In this document: positions 1 through 13,100 of the stretch, one piece after another
Position numbering within the stretch: the stretch's first letter is position 1
Layout of the letters: each line of letters opens with the position of its first letter
Assembly: GCF_000002075.1 (NCBI RefSeq)
Contig: NW_004797795.1
Location: forward strand, 409,134 to 473,133
From: Aplysia californica
Lineage: Eukaryota
Reading direction: 5' to 3'
DNA: 64,000 nucleotides
Program-made: the position numbers and the translations under genes
The notes under the pieces: model-generated
The model's database searches: none
What the model was told of the DNA's origin: nothing
Seen by the model: the letters and a program-made list of their open reading frames with translations, nothing else

Positions 1-220
1 AGAAAGAATTTTACAGCACTTACAAGTCAAATAATTAGTATAAATGCTAAGGATTAGAGATGTTACAAGTGTTTTAGAAAGAATTTTACAGCACTTACAA
101 GTCAAATAATTAGTATAAATGCTAAGGATTAGAGATGTTACAAGTGTTTTAGAAAGAATTTTACAGCACTTACAAGTCAAATAATTAGTATAAATGCCTA
201 GGATTAGAGGTGTTACCAGT
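1..220. repeat. 75-bp tandem repeat (about 3 copies) derived from the reverse complement of the R2 retroposon 3' part
   Basis: agaaagaattttacagcacttacaag recurs at 1, 76 and 151. Confidence 0.9.
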
Positions 221-666
221 GCCGGAAAACTCCTTGCTAAGCTGAAACTAAACATAGGGTAAGAAAATGTGGGTGGTTGGTAGGTGCTGGCAGTAACACC
301 AGTGATTAGAAATGTTACTAGAGAGTGACATACAAAGGTATTAAGGATGATAGATGTTTGATAGGAAAGAACGTGCAAACCACACCAGAGCACCTGTCAA
401 CCACCCACACTTACTCTTATAGATGGCCAGTGATGCGGTGGTGCCACTTATAGGTCCTACATCTTTTCTTTCCTAGTTGTTTCTGTCTGTCTATTATCAC
501 CCTTTCCCCTGCTCTAAATGGCCATTATCGATGTGCTTCCCCCTTACTCAAAGTCTTCTTCGTATATATATATAGGTTTGTTTTGTACACAGAGTATTGG
601 GTCTTGTCTGTCTGTCTGTCTGTTTGTATGCCTTTCTCTTTTTATTGCTGTCTATCCAAAAAGTAA

Positions 667-729
<63 letters not shown>
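667..729. repeat. (CT)n microsatellite
   Basis: direct reading. Confidence 0.95.
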
Positions 730-731
<2 letters not shown>

Positions 732-1059
732 TTAGGTATCTCTAGTGTATATTTGAGCACAGATTGTCGTGTGTTTTGTACCGCCATAAGAGATCAAACA
801 GCTTTTCACTGCCACAAAAAAGTTTTGTGAATGTTCTAAAGCCTCCGAACCAGTGGATCGAGTGTGCCGTTGGTTGTGCCTTTGTTGGGTTTTTTCGTTT
901 ATTGCTATCTATTGTTTCTGTCTTGTCACTCTTAATTTTACTAATCTAAGGAATGTTTATTGTGTCAATGCATGTCTTTTTTACTGAAACTGAAAGCCTG
1001 AGAAAATGGCTAAATGTTTTTCTTTCTAAAGGTCTCTCGTGTTTCTTCTTGTTCCTCAG

Positions 1060-1137
1060 GTGAGTCATTTTGTGCGGCCAGACATCCGGTTGGAAGGTGA
1101 TGACATGGATATTAGGCACTATGTCCACATCAAGAAG
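1060..1137 (+). CDS. PIKFYVE: PIKfyve exon ([26 protein letters not shown])
   Basis: ttcctcag acceptor, gtgggt donor, phase 0-0; start of CCT-like domain. Confidence 0.92.
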
Positions 1138-4100
1138 GTGGGTACCCTTGCTCCTTTCTTCAGTCATCAATGTGTGAAGCTTTAGCTGTACAAAGATGTA
1201 CATGATTTCAAAAGGATCAGATTGTTCCTGATTAATGTGGAGAACACATGGGTTCATTTTCTGAACGATAAGAAATGTTGCAATGCAGGTGTTGCCATTT
1301 GCTGTGGAATTGGATGCAAATCATAATTAATTGCTTTTGTGGAATTTGACTTGACCTTATTGTTATTTTACTGATATAGATTTCAGTAGTTTATTATCTT
1401 TAGTGTTTGTTTTCAAATTTCATGGATAAAACCAGGGTGAAATTAAGAGACCTGATCAAAACTATTTTTTTTCTTTGACGTTTATGGTTTTCTTTAAACG
1501 TGAGTACTACTTCCATGTAGAAATATTTATGACTTTGATGTGCAAAAAGTATGTCCTTGCTATGTCCCAAGGTGCCTGGAGGCCATAAAAGTGACACATC
1601 AATGTTCCACGGCGTGATCTTCACCAAGAACATTGCCCACAAGAAAATGAAAACCAAAATTGTGAACCCGCTCATCCTTCTCCTCCGTGGCACCATTGAG
1701 TTTCAGAGAGTGGAAAATAAATTCTCTTCTTTAGAGCCTCAAATCCTGCAGGTGAGGAAAGAGATTGGTTGCCACTTGTAACTCTGTAGATGCAAAGTCT
1801 TTTTATTTTGGTATGTGGATGTACAAGTTTATACGAGTCACTTGAGTTTTCTCCTTTTCTAAAATGTAAAAATGTGCCTTTATAAACTTCAATTAATTTG
1901 TCACACAATTGCATCCTCTGAGATAATGATTGTTTAGGAGCGCACACACCCCCTCCCCCCCCCCCCCCCCCCCCCCCCACCATCCTAAAATGAGGGTGTT
2001 TTCGTTTTTACACTTGAAAAGCAAGGGTCCAACATGAGTAAAATTTTCTGGAATTTAATGATTCAGTGATGGTGTCTTGTGTACATCTATAGATCTTTTG
2101 TTTTCAAGAACTTTTTTGAAAACTACATTTCATGTAATTGTGTCTTGTATTGAAGTGTGGGCGCACTCCACTTTCTCACTATTTCTGCTTTGTACAGAGC
2201 TTAGAGCCTTCTAGGGATTAGGTGCAATATAAATTCTCATTATTGTTATATTTATTACTTCTGCCTTGGGTGCCACTTGTGAGTCTCGCTTTTTTCCCCT
2301 CAGTTGTTTCTTACCCTGCATTTTGCTTTCTCCTTGCCTTGAAAGCTGTTATTATATTTAATGTGACTTCTCTTTTCAGGAGCGAGAGTTCATGAAGAAC
2401 TGTGTGATGAAGATGATCGCTTACCGGCCCAACGTGGTTGTGGTGGAGAAGTCCGTGTCTCGGCTAGCCCAGGAGTTCTTGCTGGAGGCTGGCATCACAC
2501 TTCTCTACAACGTGAAGCTGGTCAGTCTGGAGCTTTTACTTGAATGACTGAGTTTTGTTTTAGTAAGAGTTTTACGGCACTTGCAACACAAATGGGTCAT
2601 ACAAGTGTAGAAGATCAGAAGTGTTATTAGAGAGTTACAAAAAAAAAGGAGGAGACATGAGGACGATAGTTGATTGTTAGGAAAGAAGGAGCAAACCACT
2701 TCTGAGCATCCTCTAACTACCAACTGAAAGACTGAGTTACTGCCATGAGGGAGTGCCATAGGGTGTATTCTTAAATTTTTCTTATTTATTACATTTCTGT
2801 TGTTTCTCTACTGGCATCTGTGGTGTAATGGTTGGGCTCTTAAGAGAAGATCTTTGTTGGGTTTTTGCTGAGGGAAGTAGTTTATTTCAATGGGCCTCTC
2901 CTTCTGGGATACTGTATCCCACTTGGTCTGGACTGGCCCTGATACAAAGAGTTGAAGAAGCCAGCTTTGTAGATGATCTGAATAGTGTCAATGAATGCAT
3001 TACATTTACAGTAATGTAGACAAAAAAATCTATGTATAGACATCTCATATTTTGCTTTGTTTATTTACGTGTGAAAATGTTTCACATAAAAGACTGATTT
3101 CTCTTTCACTTTATTATGTTCACTTGAATCTGTCAAAATGTATGGAGTATTAAATGTGTAATATATTGATGAGAGAACGAATCATACATTTGGATGAAAA
3201 CTGAATTTTTAAATGATTATGCCAGCTCATACTACCCTTCTATTTAACTATAATTTCGACTGGTTTTCTACTTGTAAAATTTCTGTGTGTGCCAATCTAA
3301 GAACTATTCGGGTGTCTCTGAATGTTTTGTGTTATAGACCCAAGGGTCATTTTCTTTGCTGTTTTGATGAGCTGTGTATGGTTCTAATGAAAAAAATGTC
3401 TTTCTCCTTGTGGCAGAGTGTGATGGAGCGCCTTGCCCGGTTCACCCAGGCTCATATTGTGCCATCCATTGATGGGTTGGTCAGTAAACCAAACATGGGA
3501 TTCTGCCACGACTTCCGAGTCCATACTTACACCATGCCCAACAGTATGTATTGGGTTTTTGAAAAATTCTGTTTCTTTTGGTTGGGGGGGGGGGGGGTGG
3601 AGTGAGGGGGTTTTGTCCATTATTTATGTTCCTTAGCTCATTCGGGACGCATCAGACGTTCCGATAGCGTCAAGCTCCGCTGGAGATGCATCGGACGTAT
3701 ACGTCTGACAGCATTTCTCTACCGTTGTATCCGCGCAAATGAAGGTATTCCAGGGAACAAACTTTTGGTTGACATAGCTAAGCCATATTTTATTCTGTAT
3801 TTCTTTAGTTTTGACCGTATAGCTTCGTTTTTTGTAATTTTCTGTGGCGATTTATGAAGGCAGTCGGGGCGACAAAGAACACGTATCTTTGAGGAGTACC
3901 ATACAAAGAATGACTATTCACAATGACTGAAACTATTTCTTCACGCTATTTGGACTGTAGATAGTGTTGTGATGTGGTTTTAGCTGCGTTATAGTTGTAT
4001 TGTAACTTTATCTTGTTTGTTTCTGCATTTCTTCACTGTCAACTTAGAGGAAATAATATTTTTTTTATGTCTCATACACCACTTTTGTAGGGGTCCTGGC

Positions 4101-7100
4101 AGTTTAGGAATTATATCCAGGCAAATTGGGTTAGATCTAAGACAAAAACCAAACGTTGAATGTGTAGATAGTGAAAACAGACTTTAAAATATCAAAAAGG
4201 GGAAAAAATGGCAGACTTTCAAAGTTGACCCAAAATTATGCGTCTCCCGGTGCAAATCCGGTCCAAAACCTGCGTCCCGAATGAGTTAATAAGGTATGTT
4301 GGTTTTTGTTTGAACCATTTTATTTGATGTGATTCTGTTGTTTTGTATTTCATACCATGAGGGTTTTAAGGTGAAAGTGAGCACAAAATCAACAATTTTA
4401 TTGTGATTTGAAATAATATTTTCACATGAGATGGCAACAATCTATACACCTTCTTTTCTGTCAAGTTACCTTAAAAACTGATGCATTTTTTTCTCAACGA
4501 TCTATGAGAGAATAGATGCATTGGTGAGAGAGTGAATGAATAAGAAAGTGAGTGATTGAGTGAGAAAAATAAAGGAAATCGTGAGAAAAAAATATTTGTA
4601 AAAGAATGCTTGGAAACTACTGGTGATAAACAGCTACCCTTCTCATTCTTGGATCCAGTGAAGGGGTCACCACTTTGACTTTGTTGCTCTCCTCATTCTC
4701 GCTATTTCTGCATTGTTCAGCACCGAGAGCCTTCTGGGAATCAAGCGCTGTATAAATTCCCATTATTGTCATTATTATTTCTTCCGAGAGCACCACATGT
4801 AGGTCTTGCTTCTTCTTTTCCCTCAGTTGTTTCTGACCATACATCTTGCTTTGTCCTTGCACTGAAAATGGTTATTATGTTAATGTGAATGCTCTTTTCA
4901 CCGTTGAAATGTCATATTTTTTTTTTTTTTAAAATTTACTCTGACTCTTTTAAAACAACCAGAGGCTCTTGCTGATTGCTCAGTTTTCAATTTCCATTCA
5001 TGTTTGTTTTCTTTCAGAAGAGACAAAGACGTTAGCTATCTTTGATGGTTGTGCCACTCATCTCGGTTGTACCATTGTGCTGAGAGGAGGGACCCTCAAT
5101 GAATTGAGAAGGGTATGCATTCGGTGCCGTGGAACATAATTATCTCTTTAATACATCCGCTTGGCCACTTTGATTGTGGAGGTTTAGATTTGTCGTCGAA
5201 GTGTCTGTGGTCCTTATTGCATTTGAGATGTTTCAAGGTCCCAAAGACCAAAGACTGTAATATTTCTTTCCCCTTTTCCTGTGTAAATTTTTTATAAGTT
5301 GAACGAATGGACTAGAATTGTAGTCTTTTAGACGTTCATTGTGATGCTGAATTTGTATTCCTTCTGCGTGTAATCACTTTGGAGAAATCATCGTCTTAAA
5401 AGGAGATAGTTTTTATATTTTAAGCACTCTTCTTTGATTTTTTTTCCCCTTTGCTTTCCTTTGTCTAGTTTTCTTTAGTATCTCTCTTTTTTCCAGGAGC
5501 CATTTTATCAGTTGTAATGAATGTACCTTCCGCCTTTGAAATATGTGTGCTTAGGTGTTAGAAGAGGCATTAAAGCCACACATTATTATACAGACTTACA
5601 AACAAGGATTTACCCTCTTTGCTTGGGCATTTGTTTATTTAACGTCTTACCTCCGGCAAGCTGCTCCTAGCGACTTGCGGTCTGAACCGCTGTGCTGGCA
5701 TGCACTCCTCGGGCACATTCTTTCACTATGCCTTCAACGTCAAATCACGTTTTGGCAGTTGCCTTATTAACACATTACACCCTAAGGGCCTGGACAGGAA
5801 GTCCATTATTAGATCCTAAGCGAGGGGAAGGAACCCACCTCCCGTGAATACAAGCCTTTAAAAAAACACATTTTAAAAACGAAGTGACTGTTCCCAGTGA
5901 CACTGAGGATAGGTACAGAAACTATTCCCAGTGACAACGGAACTCTTTTACATTAAAAAATCAGAAGTCTTTGCACTGTAAACGCTCTTCTCACTTCAGT
6001 TCAGTACTTTTGTTCTCTTTTCTTACTTAGGGCCTAGACTTGACCGTAGAATAGATCAAGATCTAGATCTAGAGAAGAAAGAAGAATCAGGAAAGATTTC
6101 TACCTGTCCTGTACGGTGGTCTCCAAAATCTGTATGCAGATCTAGATCTACATGTACATAAATTTCGACTTAAGCAAGCATCGAATGATCATTCCTTTTT
6201 CTTTTAAAAAAAATTCTGCCACTCACTCTAGAATCTACTTTAGTTTAGTTAGATCTAGATCTAGAACTAGTATCTAGAATCTAAATCTACATTAGATATT
6301 ATCTAGTATTTAGTAACCCATCTCCATCATGCCCATGTAGATGAGTATGGGAACAATAGATCTAATGGGCCTGTCTGTTCTCAGTGTCACTGGGAATAGT
6401 TTCTGGACCTTTTCCCAGTGACACTGGGAACAATTCTGCCCTAGACCCTATTGCCAGTGGTTTCTGGGCCTGGGAATAGTGCTTTCCTTTTAAAAATACT
6501 AAACAAATTCCAGAAATCCTGAAAAAATAAAAGTTAAAACGAACAATAAATGTAGTTTCAGAAAAATTAAACTTAATGTATGCGCAAACTGTTGGAAACG
6601 TTCTAACTTTAGTTCATTCGGGGTGTCCGACCCGTCACTCTCACTCTCAGCCTCGCGGTTGGATCCTAGATCTAAATTCTTGATTTTCTACGTCTGATCA
6701 ATCTGAATCACCCCAAACTCTTGCAACAACGTTTTCATCAAATTCGGAGTCATCTGATTTGTCATATGCTTGTTTTTGTTCAAATCCATCGTTATTTCCT
6801 TTTTCGAACTCAATTGTGTTGCTTTTCAACACATCGAGACACCTAGTGTCGGTTACGCGATCGCTTTTCTATCGGCTCTAATACTAAAACTACTGGCCCG
6901 AAAAATTTCGTTTCCATACCAAACGAAAGAAGAAACTTTTTGCAATAACTATGTTAATCAAAATCTCGGCGCCAGAGTCCCGTCAAGGCGAGACTTCGTT
7001 TCTAAAGACGCTCGCTAGGTCGGCGCGGGCGGTTCCGGGCGAGTCAGGGTGGAGCGCGTAAGGGAATTCCTGGGCGGTCCCGGACGAGTTAGGGTGTAAT

Positions 7101-10100
7101 ATTTGTTATGGTCTCTTTTACTGGGAGTTCATCCCTAAGATGAAGAACTATCAAAATAGGTTTACTTGATTTCTTATTTAATGATCAAGTTAGTGTCGTA
7201 TTTGTCGCATTGAGATTTTGTACCTAAAGAGGGCCCCGGCATAGTGGGCATATCCCCCTTGGAGATGGAGAGTTAAGAATCAAACTTTTCTATCTTGATA
7301 ATATATTCCCAATATTAATATTTGGAGTACACATTGACTCCATAATTGGCCCATTTATGTAGATTACACCTTCAACACAGTGTGAATTTCTGACATGTTG
7401 GAGGGGGCTCAACGTTATTGAAATCAGGTACTAGCCAGCTTAAAGTTGGACGTGTACCCTTCTGTCTTCCTCTTTGCACTCGCTTGCATGACGTGAAAAT
7501 GCGTGTAGTCAAAGGAAAACAACCCACCAGCAGTCAAATGTACAAAACATTGGAAATTGTTCAATGGAAAATCCTATTTGGCATCACTCCCCCTTTGTTG
7601 AGCCTGATCCTGGCAGTATGTTGCATAAATAATCCAGTGGGGGAGGGAGGGAGGGAGGGGTATACTTTTGGGTCATATTTATTTTTAAATTGCTTGTAAT
7701 ATAAACAAGTATATATGTTCTTGACAGAAGTTTGTGCACTCTTAATGAAAACCCAAGACCCTTGGAAATAATCTCTTTTTTTGTGTGTGTGTTTGGGTGG
7801 TTTTTTTAGTGCATTTAACTCTGTCAAAGAAAAGAACAACATTTCTTTTATGGCATCATTGCACAGGTGAAACACATTCTCAAGTTCATGACTTACGCCT
7901 CATACAACTCCCTGCTGGAGCTATGCTTCTGCATGGACGAGTTTGCTTTGCCACAGCCAGGGGCTGATGAGATTGGACAACCGTTTGAGAGTCTGGAAAG
8001 TTCCCAGGAGCACTCTGGAGATCATTTTGGGGACAGGTGAGGAAGAAAACCCACACCATGTAGAAACATTTATCTTTGAATAAAGTGGTCTAATATTGAT
8101 TATTATTCTATGCGTTTGCCCTGGCTGTGATTGCCTGACTCAGATAAGCAGAGAGACAATGTTGTGGTGGAAGCTTTTAATTTTTTTCTGTCAGCGCTTT
8201 TCATTTTGGTGTTACTTTTACTTTGATAATTTTTCGTGTTGGCTGCTTTGATCACCACTGGATATAGACAGCTTTTACTAATAATCACCAACATCTCGTC
8301 AACTATCTTTAACTGTTAACACTTCTTTATTAATATCTTTTGCTGTCAGCATTTCTCAAATTGCCAGCTTTTATTGTTACTACTTAACTTATCTGATGCT
8401 TTTACTGTTTATACTTTACATAATAATGATAATTATAATTGCTTTTATATAGCTCATATCCACGCTCTACAGCATGTGCAATGCATTTTACAACTGTTTT
8501 TACCCCAGCAGACCGTAGAACACTTACAAACCTTCCAAGCTTCACTAGATGTTTGCACTTCAAATGTGGGAGCTTTTACCATTTGTGTTTCTTACACCGC
8601 CCACTTTTAACTTTGTCTTGTCTCATGTCTGCTGTTTTTTCAAGAAATACCTGTCACTTTGGTAGCTGTTATAGTTGGCATGTCTTGTCTCATGTCTGCT
8701 GTTTTTTCAAGAAATACCTGTCACTTTGGTAGCTGTTATAGTTGGCATTTCATACTTTCAATACTTTTAGTTAGCATCTGCATTTCCTTAGCTTGAGAAT
8801 CTTTGGAAACTGGAAATTTACGTTTTTCTGTGCCTTTCATCAATGTTTTTCAGTAATGTCTATACCGAAGTGTTTTCTTTAAGGGGAGGGGCTGGTTTGA
8901 AAATTGGTGGTTTTGGGTCAATTTATGGTGTCTAGTCTTTTTTATGTATTATAATACTTCATCCACTTATAAATCTAAAAATTTCTTACTCTTTGTGTTT
9001 ACAATAAACATTTATCAGATTTTCTGTCCTTGAACTTTCATTTTGCCTATTATGTAACAAAGTCTTGTTTTTCTCAAAACTTCAATTTTTGATAGATTTT
9101 TCTCATCTACTTTTTTTTGTTTTCTATTTGATTCCAATGAAATTTTCAGGGCTTGTTATTCACACCATATCTATCTTTATACAAGTAGAAAAGCAAAACA
9201 ATGCTTTCATAACTAAGTTTACATGGATGATTATGTAATCAGATTCAGAGGCATGAAGGGGTAGGTCATTTATCCATCTTCTATTTTTTTTCTATTCAAT
9301 ATATCCAAGATCCAAACTGTATAAAGTGTTGTATTGAGTCTATCAATGTATTTAATTGAAACAAATTTGGTTTGTAAATAAAAAATCCTTTTTATTTTAT
9401 GAAAGTTCTTTATTTTCAATTTGGCCGCCGTTATCATGGTAACTGTAGACTTAAACAAACAAATTAAAGTTACATTTTGGAGATGTTTTCCTGTTATACC
9501 TCCTTGCTATAAGGCTTTATCTGAAAAGTCATAGTTACAGAGATAGGTTTATAAACCAGCCCCCTCCCTAAATAGAATTAAAAGGTGTTGAGCCGAAAAA
9601 CACAAACGTGATCAAATTTGCCAAATCAGGTGAAAAAGATGAGCACCTGATTTCGTCCTGATGCCTCACATATTTATATTCTGTTTACAGCTTGGATGAA
9701 GAACATTGTTATATGTGCTGTGTTCTTATTGTTCTTATGTTTTATTTATATTTAACTATTGTATATTATAAGTAGTTTTACTGTGACGTATGAACCACCA
9801 ATGCATGTATGAATGTTCTTCATTTATTTGTCTCTCAAAGCAGTGCATCAGCTTCAAAGTTTGATTGGACACTCCGAGCGTAAAATATTACTTTATTCTT
9901 TATCATTTCTCTCTTCTTTTTTCCTAACCCCTTTTTTTCCCTGTATTATATTAATATAGATCCATGTGTCGTGAGGCAGTGGAATCAGGCGCTTGTCAAT
10001 TTTAGGGCATATGAAGTTATTGATATCATATTAAAGCCGTTTCATTACTTTGCATCTGATGAAAAAAAAAAATTCATCTATCTTAAATGGAAATTCAAAT

Positions 10101-13100
10101 ATTTGCGATTGAAAGAGATCGGGATTGCCTCATTCCAGAAGTAAAATTAGGGAAAAATGGCTTCCATGGTTTAAGAGTCGATTGAAACTGAAAGCTCACA
10201 TTTTTTGTGTGCTTTTAATTAATGTTTTTCAGTAAAATCCACACGGAAATGTGTTTTCGAATAAACATTAAATGTGTTGAGCCAAAAAACAAAAAATCAA
10301 TAAAAATTGCCAAACCATCAGAAAAATGTCCTTTTCTTTGATTTCATTATTTTGACGAACACCTGATTTCACAATGATGCCCCACAAAATATTTAGCATT
10401 GCTCTTTCTCCTCTACAATATTTTAAAGTGTATGGATTTCATTCTTGAAATAGATACACATTGCTTTGATGTCACTTACTAGAAGTGTCCGAACTAGTCT
10501 GGAGTAGTATTTTTTAATCTTTAAAAAGTTATTATCAAAATGTATTTATTTTCTTTTATATATGCCACACTCAGCAGTTATTGTTTTAAAAATTATTTTG
10601 AGCCTTTAAATAATACCTATAGTGCGATAAAAAATTAGTGGCGCGACTTATTGTCAAATATCGCCTCAACTATCTAACATAGGTTCTCCAATTTTTCCAC
10701 AATGACTTGTATCAATTTGTCTTAACAGATCAACATTTTTGCAAACACCTGCTAGCTGTATTCTAGAAAATTCCTTAATAAATACTAATAAAAAAATCTA
10801 AGTGCGTGGTTTCTACAGATTTTAAAATGTTTACTGCTGGGGCAATATTGCTTTTAATAGCACATCCATCATGTTTTTGTTTTGAACACCATTAGTGCAA
10901 AAATGTGTTCACTATAAAAATAATTTCTTATAACAAGTTTTGCCAGTAAAAGTTGTCATTGATGAGCTGTGACGTATGCCATGTGCGTAATCAAAATGTG
11001 TGTGAGAACCAGGAAGTGCTGTGGACTATACCATTTTACGTGTAACAGGGGTTTCAAGTATTTTATATAAATTTATGAAGAAAAGAGTGTTTTACCTCCC
11101 TTTTTTGGTGCTCTCCTAAGAGACTGATAGCTTGATCCTAGACATCTTGGTGGAATATACCTTTGAATGAGCTTGCTTTAATACCAAGATCAAGGACAGT
11201 GATCTTGTGGGCAATTCTAGTTTCAATTTTTATCGTGTGTAAATCGAGTATTTAATAAAATCCACTTTTGAGATCTTGTGCTGCTGAATTTTGTTTTGTT
11301 TTAGTAAATGTTGTACGGAACTTGCTACACAATAAGGTCATATAAGTGCCGAAGATTAGAGGTGTTACAAGAGAGTAGCAAACACAAAAAAGAAGGGGAG
11401 ATAAAGATGATAGGTGTTTGATAGGGTAGAAGAAGAAACCACACCAGAGCACCTGCCAACCACCCTCAATGGTGATGAATGTATAAAAAAGAGTTTATAA
11501 TAAACCTTTGTGTTTTAGTATTCACTTGAAATATTGTTTTCAAAAAGATTTTGGTAAAAATACTTCCATTTTTATCCTAAGAACAATTTTCTAAATGTGT
11601 TTATTGTTTAAAACATTTTTTTTTCTTCATCTTACATATTGATTTGTGGGTGCTCTGGTGTGGTTTGCTTCTTCTTTCCTATCAAACATCTATAGTCCTT
11701 ATCTCCTCTTCTTCTTTTTTATGTTTGCTACTCTCTTGTAACACCTCTAATCTTCTCGCGCTCATATGACCTTATGCAGTTGCGAGCACCGTAAAACCTC
11801 TACTAAAACTAAACATGTTGATTTCATCTTTCCCTTTCACATTCTCTTACTTTGATCTTTCTCAGTCAAGTGTTCTCCACATACCCTCCTGATTTCCCTG
11901 AGTTTTTAAAAATATTTTTCTGTCTCTATTTGTCAGTTGCCTAGACATTGTTATTTTGCCTTTGCGATTTATGCTGCTTTTGTTATTCTAATGAAATTAC
12001 TATCCCCAATATCATCAAAGTAGTTGAGAAGTTGTGTTTATCATACAAACTACAGCAGTCTCCCTGTTCATTTGTTCAAATTGTGTCGGGTCAGTAGTGG
12101 TTAGGGATAGTTCGCCTTTGTTTGTTCCTCAGCTCTTGTTTTGTATCTTTTTACTTTCACTTAATGCCATTTTGACCCGCACAGGTTTGAGTTTCGATTG
12201 CTTCTTACTTGATATACAAGGAATGGGAAAGCTTTTTTTAAAAATCTTAGTTCCTGAATAGGCTGTTTTGAGGGGGTATCTTTTTAGTCAGGGTGACAAA
12301 TAAAAGTGCAGATCATCAGCATCATCTCATAAAACTTGAAAAGTTACAGATTCAAGTTTTTGTTACACTAATGAGTTGTTCTTCTTGAGCTTAAGGAGTT
12401 GTTAATGATTGGATGTGCCCATTCTAATGTGGATTATTCATCTTTTTTAAAAATGTCCTTGTTACTGGTATCCCAATCTGTTTTTGACAAAATGTGGATG
12501 TTATTATACTGGCCTGATATAACTTGAATCTCCACGTAACTGAGGTTACTTTGGGGGTGACTGAGAGCTTTTGAGGAGAACGACGTCACGTATGGAGTGA
12601 TTGCTTTAGAGTACACTTTTTGTCAGCATGATCTTGCATTGGGATGATCAGCCTCAATTCTGAGTAAATAGTCTTCCTTTCGAAGTTAATAAATTTGTTT
12701 TGGGTGTGAATTACTTATTCAGGAGAGGATGAAACTACAGACAACATTTTTTTGGGTGTAGACATAGATTCATGTGTGGATGAATTTGAGGAAATGAAAA
12801 AGAAATTTGACTTTTTAAATTTCCTTTTGCATCGTCAGCATCAAGTCAGAAGAAATGGCAGTTGTAAACCCGAAGGACCCTGACTCACATGTGGAGTTCC
12901 ACCTAGAGGAAGACACTGAGTGTGACATTGAGATAGTCGACATTAACAATGATGTCGTCAATGGAAGCAAAGATGGAGGACTGAACTACACCACCAAGGA
13001 CAAAGATGTTGATTCTTCATCTGTAGATTACTCCGTATTGACTGACCTTTCTTCAGACTTTGCCCAGCTCGGTGAGCCAAAAGAGGAGGGTGATGCAGAG

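Noticed and set aside
12723-12884. Protein-like acidic frame upstream of the exon at 12839 ([12 protein letters not shown]..)
   Set aside because: The acceptor at 12722 joined to the phase-2 donor gives an immediate stop, and the acidic frame is out of frame with PIKfyve.
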